Of a DNA stretch of 64,000 nt, positions 9,305 through 19,879 are shown piece by piece (within the stretch, counting starts at the first letter, position 1; every line of letters begins with the position of its first letter). Source of the DNA: Sphingomonadales bacterium (GTDB lineage Bacteria; Pseudomonadota; Alphaproteobacteria; Sphingomonadales; G965227345). The notes beneath the pieces were generated by a model. It was not told the origin of the DNA. It did no database searches and saw nothing but the letters and a program-made list of their open reading frames with translations. The translations under genes were made by a program, and so were the position numbers. The DNA lies in assembly GCA_965227345.1 (NCBI GenBank), contig OZ245755.1:3719293-3783292 (forward strand). Direction: 5' to 3'.

Positions 9305-9781
9305 ATGGCCAACAACATAGTAGATCGCGACGGCAGTCTGAACGGCCCCTTCCTTATGAAGGCGTATGGCGATGCGATGGCGCTTGTCAGTGAAACGGCC
9401 GATTATCTGCAAGGCACCGGTGTTGCAGAATGCGAAGCTTTGGACGCGCCGCTTCGTGCTGTTTTTGCGGGTGAATCCATGAGGTTGACCACACGTCTTA
9501 TGCAGGTTGTGTCGTGGTTTCTGGTCTGGCGCGGCGTTGAGGCCGGCGAACTGACAAAAGAACAGGGGCGGGAGCCGGGGCGTCGTTTGGGGGCTGTGAA
9601 TGTCTGTATGGGTGTGCCTGCCAGGGGGACTGACCAGCTACCGGATCAGCTGCTGGACCTGCTGGATCGCAGCAAGAGCCTGTTCGAGCAGGTTATGCGT
9701 ATTGAAGCCATGATTCTGGATGACGGCAACGATGAGGGGGCCTCACCGGTTCACAAGCTGATCGACAGGCTAAAATCCTGA
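9305..9781 (+). CDS. DUF1465 family protein (RcdA-like)
   Basis: Start MANNIV (atg at 9305). AYGDAMALVSETADYLQ...ESMRLTTRLMQVVSWFLVWR resembles the DUF1465 family, to which Caulobacter RcdA belongs. Confidence 0.6.
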   Translation: MANNIVDRDGSLNGPFLMKAYGDAMALVSETADYLQGTGVAECEALDAPLRAVFAGESMRLTTRLMQVVSWFLVWRGVEAGELTKEQGREPGRRLGAVNVCMGVPARGTDQLPDQLLDLLDRSKSLFEQVMRIEAMILDDGNDEGASPVHKLIDRLKS

Positions 9782-9810
9782 ATGAATGTGGCTGTTGCTG
9801 TGTGCAACAG

Positions 9811-9836
9811 AAAAAGCGCCGGAAAACATCCAGCGC
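9811..9836 (-). terminator. intrinsic terminator downstream of rpmE
   Basis: The minus strand reads GCGCTGG-ATGTTTT-CCGGCGC-TTTTT, a 7-bp stem with one G-U pair followed by a T-run. Confidence 0.5.
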
Positions 9837-9862
9837 TTCTGTAACCGGTTACGGCTTTCGTC

Positions 9863-10090
9863 TTATTTTTTCAGCTTGAAATTGCCGAAACGCTTGTTGA
9901 ACTGGGCAACACGACCGCCAGCATCCATCATGCGCTGCGAACCACCGGTCCATGCAGGATGAGACGTTGAGTCAATTTCCAGCGTCAACGTGTCGCCTTC
10001 CTTGCCCCAGGTCGAGCGGGATTGGTAACTTGTGCCGTCGGTCATTGCCACTGTAATTGTGTGGTAATCCGGGTGTGTGTCTTTTTTCAT
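9863..10090 (-). CDS. rpmE: 50S ribosomal protein L31
   Basis: Start [10 protein letters not shown] (cat at 10088-10090) gives 75 aa, ending [13 protein letters not shown]. The longer 120-aa ORF in the track is an upstream over-extension. Confidence 0.9.
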   Translation of the reverse strand: MKKDTHPDYHTITVAMTDGTSYQSRSTWGKEGDTLTLEIDSTSHPAWTGGSQRMMDAGGRVAQFNKRFGNFKLKK

Positions 10091-10268
10091 CGCTTTTGCT
10101 CCGCGAAATGTGAGGCGTCTGTATAGCCAAGAGTTTGTGCAGTTGCAACCCTTGAGTCTCAACTTTTGGCGGGAAATCTTGACGAATATGGACCATTGTT
10201 GCAGGAAGCCATGCCTGCTATACACAGGCCTGCAACTGAAACCTGAGAGTAATCGGCACCTGAAGCAT

Positions 10269-12077
10269 ATGAATCAGTCAGACAGCACGCCAGAAAATGG
10301 CACTGAAAGTAAGAAAAAACTCGGCGGCCTGAAGTATATCTGGCAATTTCTGAAACCCTATAAGGTTCAACTGGTCGGTGCCCTGATTGCACTGGTTTTT
10401 GCCGCGTCAGCGACCCTGGGAATTGGACAAGCTATCCGTCGACTGGTTGACATGGGATTCTCGGCTGAAAACAGCCAGTTCATCAATCAGTATTTTCTTG
10501 CACTGATGGGGGTGGCGACGCTTTTGGCGGCTGCGACATTTGCACGGTATTTTCTGGTGTCATGGTTGGGGGAACGGGTCGTTGCCGATATTCGCAGTTC
10601 TGTTTATGCTCATGTGATTACGCTCAGCCCCTCTTTTTTTGACACCACAAAATCCGGTGAAATTGTCTCGCGCCTGACGGCAGATACCACGCTGATCCAG
10701 TCGGTTGTTGGTTCTTCCGCTTCTATTGCCCTTCGCAATCTGTTGATGTTGATCGGGGGGCTTGCCCTGCTGGCCATTACCAGCCCCAAGCTTACGGCGC
10801 TGGTCGTGGTTGTGGTGCCTCTGGTTATATTACCGCTGGTGTTTTTCGGTCGCCGCGTTCGTAAATTATCACGTGATACGCAGGACCGGGTCGCGGATGT
10901 CGGTTCCATGGCGTCAGAATCATTTAGTGCTGTGCAGACTGTGCAGGCCTATACCCATGAATTGATCGAGGGCAAGCGCTTTCAGGGCGCTGCCGAACGT
11001 GCCTTTATGGCCTCGGTTCGTCGTATTCGCGCGCGCGCCTGGTTAACGGCCTGTGTCATCCTGCTGGTGTTCGGGGCGATTGATATCATCCTGTGGGACG
11101 GGGCAACAGACGTCATTGCAGGGAAGATGTCGGGCGGTGAGCTGGCTGCCTTTGTTTTTTATGCGGTGATCGTTGCCGGTGCTGTGGGCGCGCTTAGTGA
11201 AGTTTATGGAGAATTGCAACAGGCAGCCGGGGCGGCGGGCCGGATTATGGAACTGCTGGCGCAGCAACCTGATATTCGTGCGCCTGAAAAACCTGTGCCA
11301 ATGCCAGAGCCTGCACGCGGGGCGATTGAGTTTTCAAATGTGGTCTTTCACTATCCTTCAAGGCCCGACGTTGCAGCATTGAATGATTTGTCAATGACCA
11401 TCAAGCCCGGTGAGACTGTGGCTCTGGTGGGCCCTTCAGGGGCCGGTAAATCAACCGTATTGCAGTTGTTGCTACGCTTTTATGACCCCCGGAGTGGTGA
11501 ACTGTCTGTTGATGGAGTGCCGATACGTGAAGTGGACCCCCGGAATTTACGCGAGCGGATGGCAATTGTGCCGCAGGAAACTGTCGTTTTTGCGGCGAGT
11601 GCCTTGGAAAATGTCCGCTATGGTCGCCCCGATGCGAGTGAAGATGACGTGCGCGACGCGCTGCGTGCCGCTGTTGCCGAGGATTTTATCGATGCCTTGC
11701 CAGAAGGGTTACACACATATCTGGGCGAACGCGGCGCCAGATTATCGGGTGGGCAGAAGCAACGCCTTGCAATAGCCCGGGCTATTTTGCGCAATGCGCC
11801 GATATTGCTGCTGGATGAGGCAACAAGTGCTCTGGATGCCGAAAGTGAGCGACTGGTCCAGAAGGCTCTGGAGCATCTGATGCAGGGGCGAACCACGCTG
11901 GTAATCGCCCATCGACTGGCGACCATTCTAAAGGCAGACCGGATCGTCGTGATGGAAGAAGGGCGGGTCGTGGCAACCGGCACCCATCAAGAACTGCTGG
12001 TGCAAGGCGGCTTGTACAAGCGTCTGGCCGAGTTGCAGTTTGGCTTGTCCGAAACACGACCGGCACAGGCGATTTAG
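10269..12077 (+). CDS. ABC transporter, fused permease/ATPase (MsbA/ATM1-like exporter)
   Basis: Start MNQSDS (atg at 10269). Six-TM domain followed by Walker [10 protein letters not shown], signature LSGGQKQR and Walker [13 protein letters not shown]. Confidence 0.85.
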   Translation: MNQSDSTPENGTESKKKLGGLKYIWQFLKPYKVQLVGALIALVFAASATLGIGQAIRRLVDMGFSAENSQFINQYFLALMGVATLLAAATFARYFLVSWLGERVVADIRSSVYAHVITLSPSFFDTTKSGEIVSRLTADTTLIQSVVGSSASIALRNLLMLIGGLALLAITSPKLTALVVVVVPLVILPLVFFGRRVRKLSRDTQDRVADVGSMASESFSAVQTVQAYTHELIEGKRFQGAAERAFMASVRRIRARAWLTACVILLVFGAIDIILWDGATDVIAGKMSGGELAAFVFYAVIVAGAVGALSEVYGELQQAAGAAGRIMELLAQQPDIRAPEKPVPMPEPARGAIEFSNVVFHYPSRPDVAALNDLSMTIKPGETVALVGPSGAGKSTVLQLLLRFYDPRSGELSVDGVPIREVDPRNLRERMAIVPQETVVFAASALENVRYGRPDASEDDVRDALRAAVAEDFIDALPEGLHTYLGERGARLSGGQKQRLAIARAILRNAPILLLDEATSALDAESERLVQKALEHLMQGRTTLVIAHRLATILKADRIVVMEEGRVVATGTHQELLVQGGLYKRLAELQFGLSETRPAQAI

Positions 12078-12081
12078 GAAA

Positions 12082-13176
12082 CTATCTTTCCGTCAGTTTC
12101 AACTCGATACGCCTGTTGCGCTTGTATGCTTCGGGTGTGTTCCTTGCATCAATTGGCTGATAGGGGCCAAAGCCGGTCGCCGCAAGGCGTTCAGGCGGCA
12201 CACCCTGGGATTGCAGGAAACGGGCAACGGAAATTGCCCGGGCAGTCGATAATTCCCAGTTTGAGGGAAAGCGTTCTGTATTGATGGGCAGAATGTCCGT
12301 ATGTCCGTCAACGCGCAGAATCCAGTTGACCTCGGGTGGAATATTCTCAGCCAGTTCCAAAAGGGTTTTGGCAATTTTGGCCATTTGAACCTTGCCTTCA
12401 CTGCCCAGCTGGTCAGAGGCTGATCCGAACAGGACTTCTGATTCGAATATGAACCTGTCGCCCTGAATGCGGATATCGGACCGGTTGCCCAGCACTTCAC
12501 GCAAACGGCCAAAAAATTCGGATCTGTACCTGGCCAGTTCTTCAACCTTGGATGCCAGCGCCGCATTCAATCTCTTGCCCAGATTAACGATTGTCGCCTG
12601 TTGTTCCTTATCTTTCTGTTCCGAGATCTGGAGCGCCTGTTCAAGCCGGGCCAGCTGTTGACGCAAGCTGGCCAGTTGCTGTGTCAGCAAATCGACCTGT
12701 GATTTGGCTGCGCGTGATTTTTCCTGTTCCTTGACCAGAGATGTTTGTGTTTCTGCATATCGGGTGCGCAGGGTTTCCAGCTCGCTCATCTGTTCTTCAC
12801 TGGATTTGGCCACCTGTCCCATGCGGGATTGTGCCATGGACAGGCGGTTTTGCAGATCATCCACCTGCGCCAGAAGCTCTTCCCTGGTCATGTTGGCATT
12901 GGTAAGGGAGGCTGACAGCTGGTTGATGTTGGCACGCAAGTCTGCCGTTGTCTGGCGTTCAAGGGCCAAAAGGTCCCCCAGTTCCAGAACCTGTTCATTC
13001 AGCTTTTCAAGGGCAGCATCCCGCCCGGATAAAGCTTGCCCCAGAAAAAATTGTGCCAGGACAAAGACAGACAGCAGGAAAATGATGACCAGCAACAGGC
13101 TGCTGAGGGCATCAACAAAGCCCGGCCAGGTGTCCGAGCCACCGGCAGATCGGCGTCTGGTGCGACCCAGGCTCAT
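12082..13176 (-). CDS. MotB/OmpA-like peptidoglycan-binding protein with long coiled coil
   Basis: 364 aa. N-terminal plug/TM with a conserved Asp (WPGFVDALSSLLLVIIFLL), about 170 aa of heptad-like coiled coil, and a C-terminal OmpA-like domain (RVDGHTD...SNWELSTARA...NRRIELKL). Its start overlaps the upstream stop (ATGA at 13173-13176). Confidence 0.8.
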   Translation of the reverse strand: MSLGRTRRRSAGGSDTWPGFVDALSSLLLVIIFLLSVFVLAQFFLGQALSGRDAALEKLNEQVLELGDLLALERQTTADLRANINQLSASLTNANMTREELLAQVDDLQNRLSMAQSRMGQVAKSSEEQMSELETLRTRYAETQTSLVKEQEKSRAAKSQVDLLTQQLASLRQQLARLEQALQISEQKDKEQQATIVNLGKRLNAALASKVEELARYRSEFFGRLREVLGNRSDIRIQGDRFIFESEVLFGSASDQLGSEGKVQMAKIAKTLLELAENIPPEVNWILRVDGHTDILPINTERFPSNWELSTARAISVARFLQSQGVPPERLAATGFGPYQPIDARNTPEAYKRNRRIELKLTER

Positions 13177-14396
13177 TTTCTGTCCGGTCCGGATGGGCGG
13201 TCTGACGCTGTTATTGAGCGTCGGGGGCTGTCGTCACCTGACCCTGGTTTCCGGTCCATGGCCGCAGCCAGTGTACGAGCCAGCAATTTGAATTCCGAAC
13301 GCAGGTCGTCGGTCAGCTGGTTCCGGCTTTTGCCGACTTCTTCAGCAAGGTGTTTAACATGGACATCCAGATTACGGAGATGGCCCCGCGAGGCTTCGTC
13401 GAGGCCGCCCCCGCCTTCCCGATGGGAAAGGGCGTCACTCAACTGTGCCATAACGCTGCGCATTTCATTTTGGGAATCAACAAGCCGGACAAGCAGGTCT
13501 TGCTCCGCCTGACGTTGATCGGTCAGGGTCTCCAGTTTTTCGGAAAGCTGCATCAAGGCGCGCGCGCTGTCTTCACGACCGGATTCCGACCGGCTGATCG
13601 TGCGCTGAAGATTATCCAGACTATCCGCCGATTGTTCGAGAAGCGCCCCGATATAGGCGGGGATTGACTGGTCACCACCCTCGAGGGCGGGACCCGCAGA
13701 AGCATGGGACAATTTGGTGACCGTCGAAAGCCAGTCTTCCAGATCATTGAAAAACCGGTTCTGGGCCTGTCCTGCCTGAAGGTCCAGAAAGCCCAGAATG
13801 ACAGAACCGGCCAGACCAAAAAGGGACGAGGAAAACGCTGTACCCATGCCGCTCAATGGCTTTTCGAGACCCTTTTTCAGGGAATCGAACATCAGGGCAA
13901 AATCACCAGAGTCGACGGACAGGCTGTCAATTGTGCCACTGATCGCGCTGATGGTCCCCAAAAGTCCCCAGAAGGTGCCCAGAAGGCCCAGAAAGATCAG
14001 CAAGCCAATAAGATAACGCGATATTTCGCGTGATTCGTCCAGTCGCGAGCCGATGCCATCCAATAGTGTCCGCATGGACAGGGGCGAAAGTTTCATGGTG
14101 CCGGAATCGTCACCCAGCATGCGTGCCATGGGGGCCAGCAGCACCGGGTCACGGTCAATTTTTGTTGGCGTGCCGACCTGGCGATATTCGTCAATCCACG
14201 CGACTTCATGTTTCAGAGAAGCAATCTGGCGCACGATATAGACGATGCCGATGATCAGCGTTGCGAGAATCAGCCCGTTCAGGCCGGGATTTGCCATGAA
14301 CGCCGTAAAGATCGTGTTGAAGAGAGCGCCACAAACGGCCACGACAATTGCGAGAAACAGAAATATCCGTGTCAGGAATCGTTGCAATTGCGTCAT
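13173..14396 (-). CDS. MotA/TolQ/ExbB-family proton-channel protein with extended C-terminal tail
   Basis: 407 aa. Two N-terminal TM helices are followed by the channel core LLIFLGLLGTFWGLLGTI...LSGMGTAFSSSLFGLAGSVILGFL, which parallels the in-window TolQ. The tail is about 190 aa and rich in helix-forming Q/E/R/L residues. Confidence 0.8.
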   Translation of the reverse strand: MTQLQRFLTRIFLFLAIVVAVCGALFNTIFTAFMANPGLNGLILATLIIGIVYIVRQIASLKHEVAWIDEYRQVGTPTKIDRDPVLLAPMARMLGDDSGTMKLSPLSMRTLLDGIGSRLDESREISRYLIGLLIFLGLLGTFWGLLGTISAISGTIDSLSVDSGDFALMFDSLKKGLEKPLSGMGTAFSSSLFGLAGSVILGFLDLQAGQAQNRFFNDLEDWLSTVTKLSHASAGPALEGGDQSIPAYIGALLEQSADSLDNLQRTISRSESGREDSARALMQLSEKLETLTDQRQAEQDLLVRLVDSQNEMRSVMAQLSDALSHREGGGGLDEASRGHLRNLDVHVKHLAEEVGKSRNQLTDDLRSEFKLLARTLAAAMDRKPGSGDDSPRRSITASDRPSGPDRK

Positions 14397-14494
14397 GCTG
14401 GTGTCCTCTCCCTTGGGAAACGCTATGCTGTTGGCAGCATTTTCACTCGAAAGCCTAATATCATATCAAAGTCTTATCAATGACTTTGGCAGCA

Positions 14495-15076
14495 TCAAGG
14501 CGTTTGGACATTGTTCGATAAGGGGCGGGACAGCAGATAAATGTCAGCACGGTCCGGGTTTGTTTTGCCGGGCGGGTCTGCGTCAGGCCCCATGGCCCGT
14601 ATATTTATACGGTCAGCTTCAAGGCCGGCTTCCAGAATGAGAGCGCGAAGCGCCTCGGCGCGGTGATAGGAAATTCGTACCAGATCGCCAATTTGTGCAG
14701 GTTCTGATCCGGCATCTGCATAGGCCCTGATCTCAACAGTTTTCCCGTTGGAGGTCATCGTGCTGACCCAGGACCGCAGTTCACTGGCCTGTGCTGATGA
14801 AAAACTGCTTTCGCTTGTCCTGAAGGCAACAGAATAATCAGGTGCACCCTGAACCTGTACCTGGGGCAGGGGCACTGCTTTGGGGCGCAACTGACCGGCG
14901 TCAGTTCCAATCTTGTCTTTTGGAGATGCCTCATTTTCCGACAGGTCACCGGTCAAGGCGTCCAGAACACCCGGATTGATTTGAACATCATTCTTCTGCG
15001 AGGCGTTTTGCGCCAAAGCATGACTTATGGACCAGATTGCCATGATGCAGATAAATGCAGACCGGAAGCCCGACAT
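14495..15076 (-). CDS. secreted protein with degenerate OmpA-like C-terminal domain
   Basis: 193 aa. Signal peptide AIWSISHALA|QN. The C-terminus VEIRAYADAG...ISYHRAEALRALILEAGLEADRINIRAMG resembles an OmpA/MotB peptidoglycan-binding fold. The start lies 5 nt after the suhB stop. Confidence 0.5.
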   Translation of the reverse strand: MSGFRSAFICIMAIWSISHALAQNASQKNDVQINPGVLDALTGDLSENEASPKDKIGTDAGQLRPKAVPLPQVQVQGAPDYSVAFRTSESSFSSAQASELRSWVSTMTSNGKTVEIRAYADAGSEPAQIGDLVRISYHRAEALRALILEAGLEADRINIRAMGPDADPPGKTNPDRADIYLLSRPLSNNVQTP

Positions 15077-15081
15077 TTGTT

Positions 15082-15894
15082 CTAGCTTTCCTGAGGTTGA
15101 GATTTTGCCTCACGTAATATTCGGGTCAGGCTGCCATGTATGTTGCCATTGGTTGCCACGATTTCTCCTGTTGTCAGCATGCGACTGCGCCCGTCATATT
15201 CGGAAACGTTGCCCCCAGCTTCCTGGACAATGATAATACCCGCAGCGATATCCCAGGCTGACAGCCCGGCTTCCCAATAGCCGTCATAACGACCGGCCGC
15301 GACATAAGCCAGATCAAGTGCTGATGATCCGAACCGGCGGACACCCGCCGTTTTGGGCATAATAATATTCATCTGCCTTAGGAAGGCCGCTGCATCGCCA
15401 TGCCCTGCAAACGGAACACCTGTTGCCAGCACGCACTGGATCAGGTCGCGTCGCGCTGATACGCGCAGCCTTTGCGAATTAAGATAGGCACCGCGTCCCC
15501 GTTCTGCCCAGAACAGTTCATCGGTAACGGGCTGGTAGATCACACCGGCGACAATGCTGCCATTCTGCTCAAGCCCGATTGAAATGGCAAAATGGGGGAT
15601 GCCGTGCAGAAAATTCGTCGTGCCATCCAGCGGGTCTATAATCCAGCGGCTGTTGGTGTCCTTGCCGACAATTTCTTCGCCTTCTTCCAGCAGAAAGCCA
15701 AAATCGGGACGTGCCTTGGATAATTCCGCTTTCAGAATTCTTTCTGCTTTCAGGTCGGCCGAGCTGACAAAGTCTGCCGGACCCTTGCGGGATACCTGAA
15801 GCTGTTCGACTTCGCCGAAATCTCTCACGAGATGGCGTGCAGCCTTGTGAGCCGCGCCGACCATGACGTTTATTACGGCGGATTGGAGAGCCAT
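15082..15894 (-). CDS. suhB: inositol monophosphatase family protein
   Basis: 270 aa. Carries the WIIDPLDGTTNF and SSALDLAYVAAGRYDGYWE motifs. Confidence 0.9.
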   Translation of the reverse strand: MALQSAVINVMVGAAHKAARHLVRDFGEVEQLQVSRKGPADFVSSADLKAERILKAELSKARPDFGFLLEEGEEIVGKDTNSRWIIDPLDGTTNFLHGIPHFAISIGLEQNGSIVAGVIYQPVTDELFWAERGRGAYLNSQRLRVSARRDLIQCVLATGVPFAGHGDAAAFLRQMNIIMPKTAGVRRFGSSALDLAYVAAGRYDGYWEAGLSAWDIAAGIIIVQEAGGNVSEYDGRSRMLTTGEIVATNGNIHGSLTRILREAKSQPQES

Positions 15895-15920
15895 TTATTG
15901 TTCCTTAAATCAGAAGCTTA

Positions 15921-16487
15921 TCAATTTTCGGCGCGTTTGACGTAGGTACTGTCCGCGGTATTGACCACGATTTTTGCCCCCTGATCGACAAATGGCGGCA
16001 CCATCACGCGGACACCGTTTTCCATTTTCGCGGGCTTGTAAGACGATGTGGCAGTCTGACCCTTGACGGTTGGTTCGGTTTCGATAATTTCCAGTGTTAC
16101 CGTATCCGGGAGGGTGATGCCGATCGGCTCACCTTCGTATGACTCGACCATTACCTGCATACCGTCTTGCAGGAACACGGCCGGCTCACCGACCAGTTCG
16201 CGGGAAATATCAATTTGTTCAAAACTTTCCAGATCCATGAACGTCAGCATCTCGCCATTCTCGTAAAGATACTGAAAATCCTTTTGGTCCAGCCTGACGC
16301 GTTCCACAGATTCTGATGACCGGAAGCGTTCATTCAGCTTGGTGCCGTCGCGCAGGTTTTTCAATTCAACCTGCAGGAATGCCCCGCCTTTTCCAGGCAT
16401 GGTGTGGGCGGTTTTTACCGCTACCCACAAGCCGTTCTTGTGCTCAATAACGTTACCAATACGGATTTCGTTGCCGTTGATCTTCAT
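15921..16487 (-). CDS. efp: elongation factor P
   Basis: 188 aa. [14 protein letters not shown]...[16 protein letters not shown] and the overall EF-P layout. Confidence 0.95.
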   Translation of the reverse strand: MKINGNEIRIGNVIEHKNGLWVAVKTAHTMPGKGGAFLQVELKNLRDGTKLNERFRSSESVERVRLDQKDFQYLYENGEMLTFMDLESFEQIDISRELVGEPAVFLQDGMQVMVESYEGEPIGITLPDTVTLEIIETEPTVKGQTATSSYKPAKMENGVRVMVPPFVDQGAKIVVNTADSTYVKRAEN

Positions 16488-16573
16488 GAATATATTCCGA
16501 ATGATGATGAAAGCTGGCGGAAACTAACAGCCTGACGTTGTTTTTGCAAACAGGAAAGAAGAGGGGGTGATGA

Positions 16574-17200
16574 TCAAAAAAGACTGTTGAAAGCCCGCAC
16601 GGCCGCTGCAGGGCCTTCGTCGTAATGCCAGATCCCGGCACTGACGGCTAAAAAGTCTGCTTTTGCATTCACAAGCGGGCTTGCGTTTTCAACAGTAATG
16701 CCGCCGATGGCAACACAGGGGACTTCAAACAACCCGGCCCACCAGCTGAGTATTTCGGGATCAGCCTGTGCTTTGGGCGCTTTGGTCTTTGTGGGATAAA
16801 AGGCACCAAAGGCAACATAATCCGCCCCCGCTTCACCGGCTTCCATGGCAAGGTGCCGGGAGGCGTGACAGGTGACGCCGACGATGGAATTCGGGCCCAC
16901 AATGCGGCGGGCTTCCTTTATACCGGTATCTTCCTGGCCAACGTGAACACCATCTGCCCCTGCCTTGGCGGCCAGGTCCGGGCGATCATTAATCAGAAAA
17001 GCCACATCATAAGCCTGTGTAACGGGGATCAGGGCTTCAGATGCTTTCAGAATTTCGGTATCACTGGCATCTTTCAGGCGAAGTTGCAGGCAGGCCACAT
17101 CTCCACCATCAAGGGCAGACTTCAGTTGATCGGAGAAACCCGCCAGATCAATCACTGGCGGGGTAATCAGGTATAGTCTGCAGCCGGGTTCGTCCGTCAA
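16574..17200 (-). CDS. thiE: thiamine-phosphate synthase
   Basis: 208 aa. [22 protein letters not shown] and a C-terminal GGI motif. Confidence 0.85.
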   Translation of the reverse strand: MTDEPGCRLYLITPPVIDLAGFSDQLKSALDGGDVACLQLRLKDASDTEILKASEALIPVTQAYDVAFLINDRPDLAAKAGADGVHVGQEDTGIKEARRIVGPNSIVGVTCHASRHLAMEAGEAGADYVAFGAFYPTKTKAPKAQADPEILSWWAGLFEVPCVAIGGITVENASPLVNAKADFLAVSAGIWHYDEGPAAAVRAFNSLF

Positions 17201-17208
17201 GATAAAGG

Positions 17209-18138
17209 TTATTCCTTACCCTGATATATGCGGACGATTTTGTTCAGCATGGCGATGGCTTCTTCACGTGGACGCTGGAAAGTGTTGCGGCCAATGATAG
17301 AACCGTTACCGCCGCCGTCACGAATAGCGCGGGCATCTTCGTATACAGAATCAGCGCCTTTTTTCGCCCCACCCGAGAAGACGACCAGTCGTTTGTTCCC
17401 AAAGCAGGATTGCATGACATGCGCAACGCGGGCTGACTGGGACGAGATATCAATACCCTGTGCCTGATATACCTTTTTGGCTTCGCTCTGTTCCAGATGA
17501 TCACTTGGCAGTTTCACCTTGATCACATGGGCGCCCAGCAGCGCTGCCATATGCGCGGCATAGGCGACAACGTCCATAGCGGTCTCGCCATCCTTGGTCA
17601 CGTCGCCGCCACGTGGATAGGACCATAGAACCACAGCAAGGCCAAATGCCTTTGCTTCTTCGGCCAGTTCGCGGAATTCCTGCATCATGTCGTAAGAGGC
17701 GTCAGAACCCGGATAAATGGTAAAGCCGATCGCCGTACATCCCAGACGCAATGCGTCAGCAACGCTGGCAGTAATAGCTTGCGAAGGCGCGTCTTTTTCG
17801 CGGTTCAGCGAGTTGGCGCTGTTCATTTTAAGAATAAGCGGCACCTGACCTGCGAAACTGTCCGCCCCTGTTTCCATCATGCCCAAAGGCGTGGCAAAGG
17901 CATTCAGACCGGCGTCTACTGCCAACTGAAAATGATAATGTGGATCATACGCTGGCGGGTTGGGCGCAAAGCTGCGGGCAGGGCCATGCTCAAAACCCTG
18001 ATCTACAGGCAGAATAACCATTTTGCCGGTACCAGCCAGCTTGCCGTGCATCAACAGCCGTGCAATGTTGGCCTTGGTGCCGGGGTTGTCGCCTTCATAC
18101 CAGGAAAGAATTTGTTTGACCTTGCGGGTTATTCTCAT
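17209..18138 (-). CDS. class I fructose-bisphosphate aldolase (DhnA/FbaB-type)
   Basis: 309 aa. [12 protein letters not shown] and the Schiff-base region HVIKVKLP. It lies in a glycolytic gene block. Confidence 0.85.
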   Translation of the reverse strand: MRITRKVKQILSWYEGDNPGTKANIARLLMHGKLAGTGKMVILPVDQGFEHGPARSFAPNPPAYDPHYHFQLAVDAGLNAFATPLGMMETGADSFAGQVPLILKMNSANSLNREKDAPSQAITASVADALRLGCTAIGFTIYPGSDASYDMMQEFRELAEEAKAFGLAVVLWSYPRGGDVTKDGETAMDVVAYAAHMAALLGAHVIKVKLPSDHLEQSEAKKVYQAQGIDISSQSARVAHVMQSCFGNKRLVVFSGGAKKGADSVYEDARAIRDGGGNGSIIGRNTFQRPREEAIAMLNKIVRIYQGKE

Positions 18139-18235
18139 GCCTTGCGTCCTTATATTGCCAGTTTACTGCATTTGATGATTTGATAGCCCAATGCCCATTG
18201 TTTGGCAACGGGTTTAGACTTCATTCTGTATGGCT

Positions 18236-18658
18236 TTATCGGCCATATCCCTTAAGAAATTCTTTGCAGGCGGGAACAGGATCGGGAATTGTGCCCAGAT
18301 CAAGGGACTTTTTGATGTGTGAAGCAGGCATCAGTTTGCCATGTTGTGCATCCACAAGCATGAATAATTGCTTCCATGCGGGATGGGTGTCGCACAGTTT
18401 CAGGAATTTTGCACCAGCTTTCAGGGCAAACTGAACGGCCCGGGCCGAATTCCCGCAATCGATGAGAACATTCTCAAGTCTTGCCTGAGATGCCATTTCC
18501 AGCAGCACAGGTGTTCCCAGATACTGGCAGGCCTCGGGCGCAGACATTGCAATGGCCTGTATATTTGTCTCGCGGATGGCCTGGACAATCGCGCAAGCCT
18601 GCTGACTGTTTCTGAATATGATCACCGGCAGATCGGGGACGGGGCCGGTCATCTTCAC
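18236..18658 (-). CDS. hypothetical protein (140 aa) embedded in the pgk-fba block
   Basis: The start codon lies 1 nt downstream of the pgk stop (stop begins at 18660), which suggests translational coupling. I recognise no family. Confidence 0.5.
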   Translation of the reverse strand: MKMTGPVPDLPVIIFRNSQQACAIVQAIRETNIQAIAMSAPEACQYLGTPVLLEMASQARLENVLIDCGNSARAVQFALKAGAKFLKLCDTHPAWKQLFMLVDAQHGKLMPASHIKKSLDLGTIPDPVPACKEFLKGYGR

Positions 18659-18659
18659 C

Positions 18660-19853
18660 CTACTTTTTCAGGATGGCGACGCCCGGCAGGTCGCGACCTT
18701 CCATCCATTCCAGAAAAGCGCCGCCGGCGGTGGAGACGTGAGTGAAGGAAGAGGCAACACCTGCATGGTTCAGTGCAGCAACCGTATCACCACCACCGGC
18801 AACCGAGAGCAGGCGACCGCGTGTTGTCAGGCTTGCCGCTGCCTGGGCAAGCGTCACTGTCCCCTTGTCAAAGGGCGCAATTTCAAAAGCACCCATCGGG
18901 CCATTCCAGACCAGTGTCTTGCTTGTCTCCAGCACGGTAACAAGTGCCGTTATGCTTTCGGGCCCAACATCCAGAATCATGTCATCATCGGCCACCTTGT
19001 CAGCCGCAATCGTCTGGCAGGCGGCACCCGCCTTGAATTCCTTGGCAACAACAACGTCAGCAGGCAAGTGAACTTCACATCCTGAACCGGCGGCTGTCGC
19101 CATAATGGCGCGCGCTGTTTCCGCCAGATCATGCTCGCACAAGGATTTGCCCACATGCACCCCGTTGGCCGCCATAAATGTATTGGCCATGCCGCCGCCG
19201 ATAATAAGATGATCAACCTGTTTCACCAGATGGTTCAAAACATCAAGCTTGGTTGATATTTTGGCACCGCCAACAACAGCAACTACCGGGCGGACCGGAT
19301 CACCCAGCGCTTTTTCAAGTGCTTTCAGTTCGGCTTCCATTGCAAGGCCAGCGGCAGACGGCAAAATGCGGGCAATGCCTTCGGTTGATGCATGAGCACG
19401 GTGCGCGCATGAAAAGGCGTCACTGACAAAAATATCTGCATGTTCGGCCAACGCCTTGGCAAATGCCGGGTCATTTTTTTCTTCGCCAGCATGGAAGCGC
19501 ACATTTTCCAGCAGGGCGATATCTCCTGCCTGCATCTTTGCGCAAGCTTCAGCCACTGGCGCACCAATACAATCCGGGACGAACTGTACAGGGCACCCCA
19601 GAACCTCTGACAAGGGCCCGGCCAAAGGCTTTAGGGACATTTCCGGCACGACCTTGCCTTTTGGCCTGCCAAAATGGGAGGCGACAAGAATTTTGGCCCC
19701 GCTTTTTGACAGTGCCAGCAGCGTAGGCGCCACAGACTGAATGCGGGTGTTGTCCGTGACCCGGCCCCCGCTCATGGGCACATTCAGATCGGCGCGTACA
19801 ACCACGACCTGATCTTTAACATTCAGATCAGACAAGCTTTTAAAGTTGGCCAT
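18660..19853 (-). CDS. pgk: phosphoglycerate kinase
   Basis: 397 aa. [17 protein letters not shown], and GGGMANTF followed later by GGGD. Confidence 0.95.
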   Translation of the reverse strand: MANFKSLSDLNVKDQVVVVRADLNVPMSGGRVTDNTRIQSVAPTLLALSKSGAKILVASHFGRPKGKVVPEMSLKPLAGPLSEVLGCPVQFVPDCIGAPVAEACAKMQAGDIALLENVRFHAGEEKNDPAFAKALAEHADIFVSDAFSCAHRAHASTEGIARILPSAAGLAMEAELKALEKALGDPVRPVVAVVGGAKISTKLDVLNHLVKQVDHLIIGGGMANTFMAANGVHVGKSLCEHDLAETARAIMATAAGSGCEVHLPADVVVAKEFKAGAACQTIAADKVADDDMILDVGPESITALVTVLETSKTLVWNGPMGAFEIAPFDKGTVTLAQAAASLTTRGRLLSVAGGGDTVAALNHAGVASSFTHVSTAGGAFLEWMEGRDLPGVAILKK

Positions 19854-19879
19854 CTTGTTCGTCCGTTGTTTGGTATCGC

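Noticed and set aside
12082-14396. Interpretation of the MotA/MotB-like pair as a Zorya (ZorAB) anti-phage system.
   Set aside because: I see no ZorC/ZorD/ZorE-like helicase or nuclease genes adjacent. The A subunit (407 aa) is much shorter than the typical ZorA as I recall it. The genes sit directly after suhB/efp among core genes rather than in a defence island. I kept it as an unassigned stator-like system instead.
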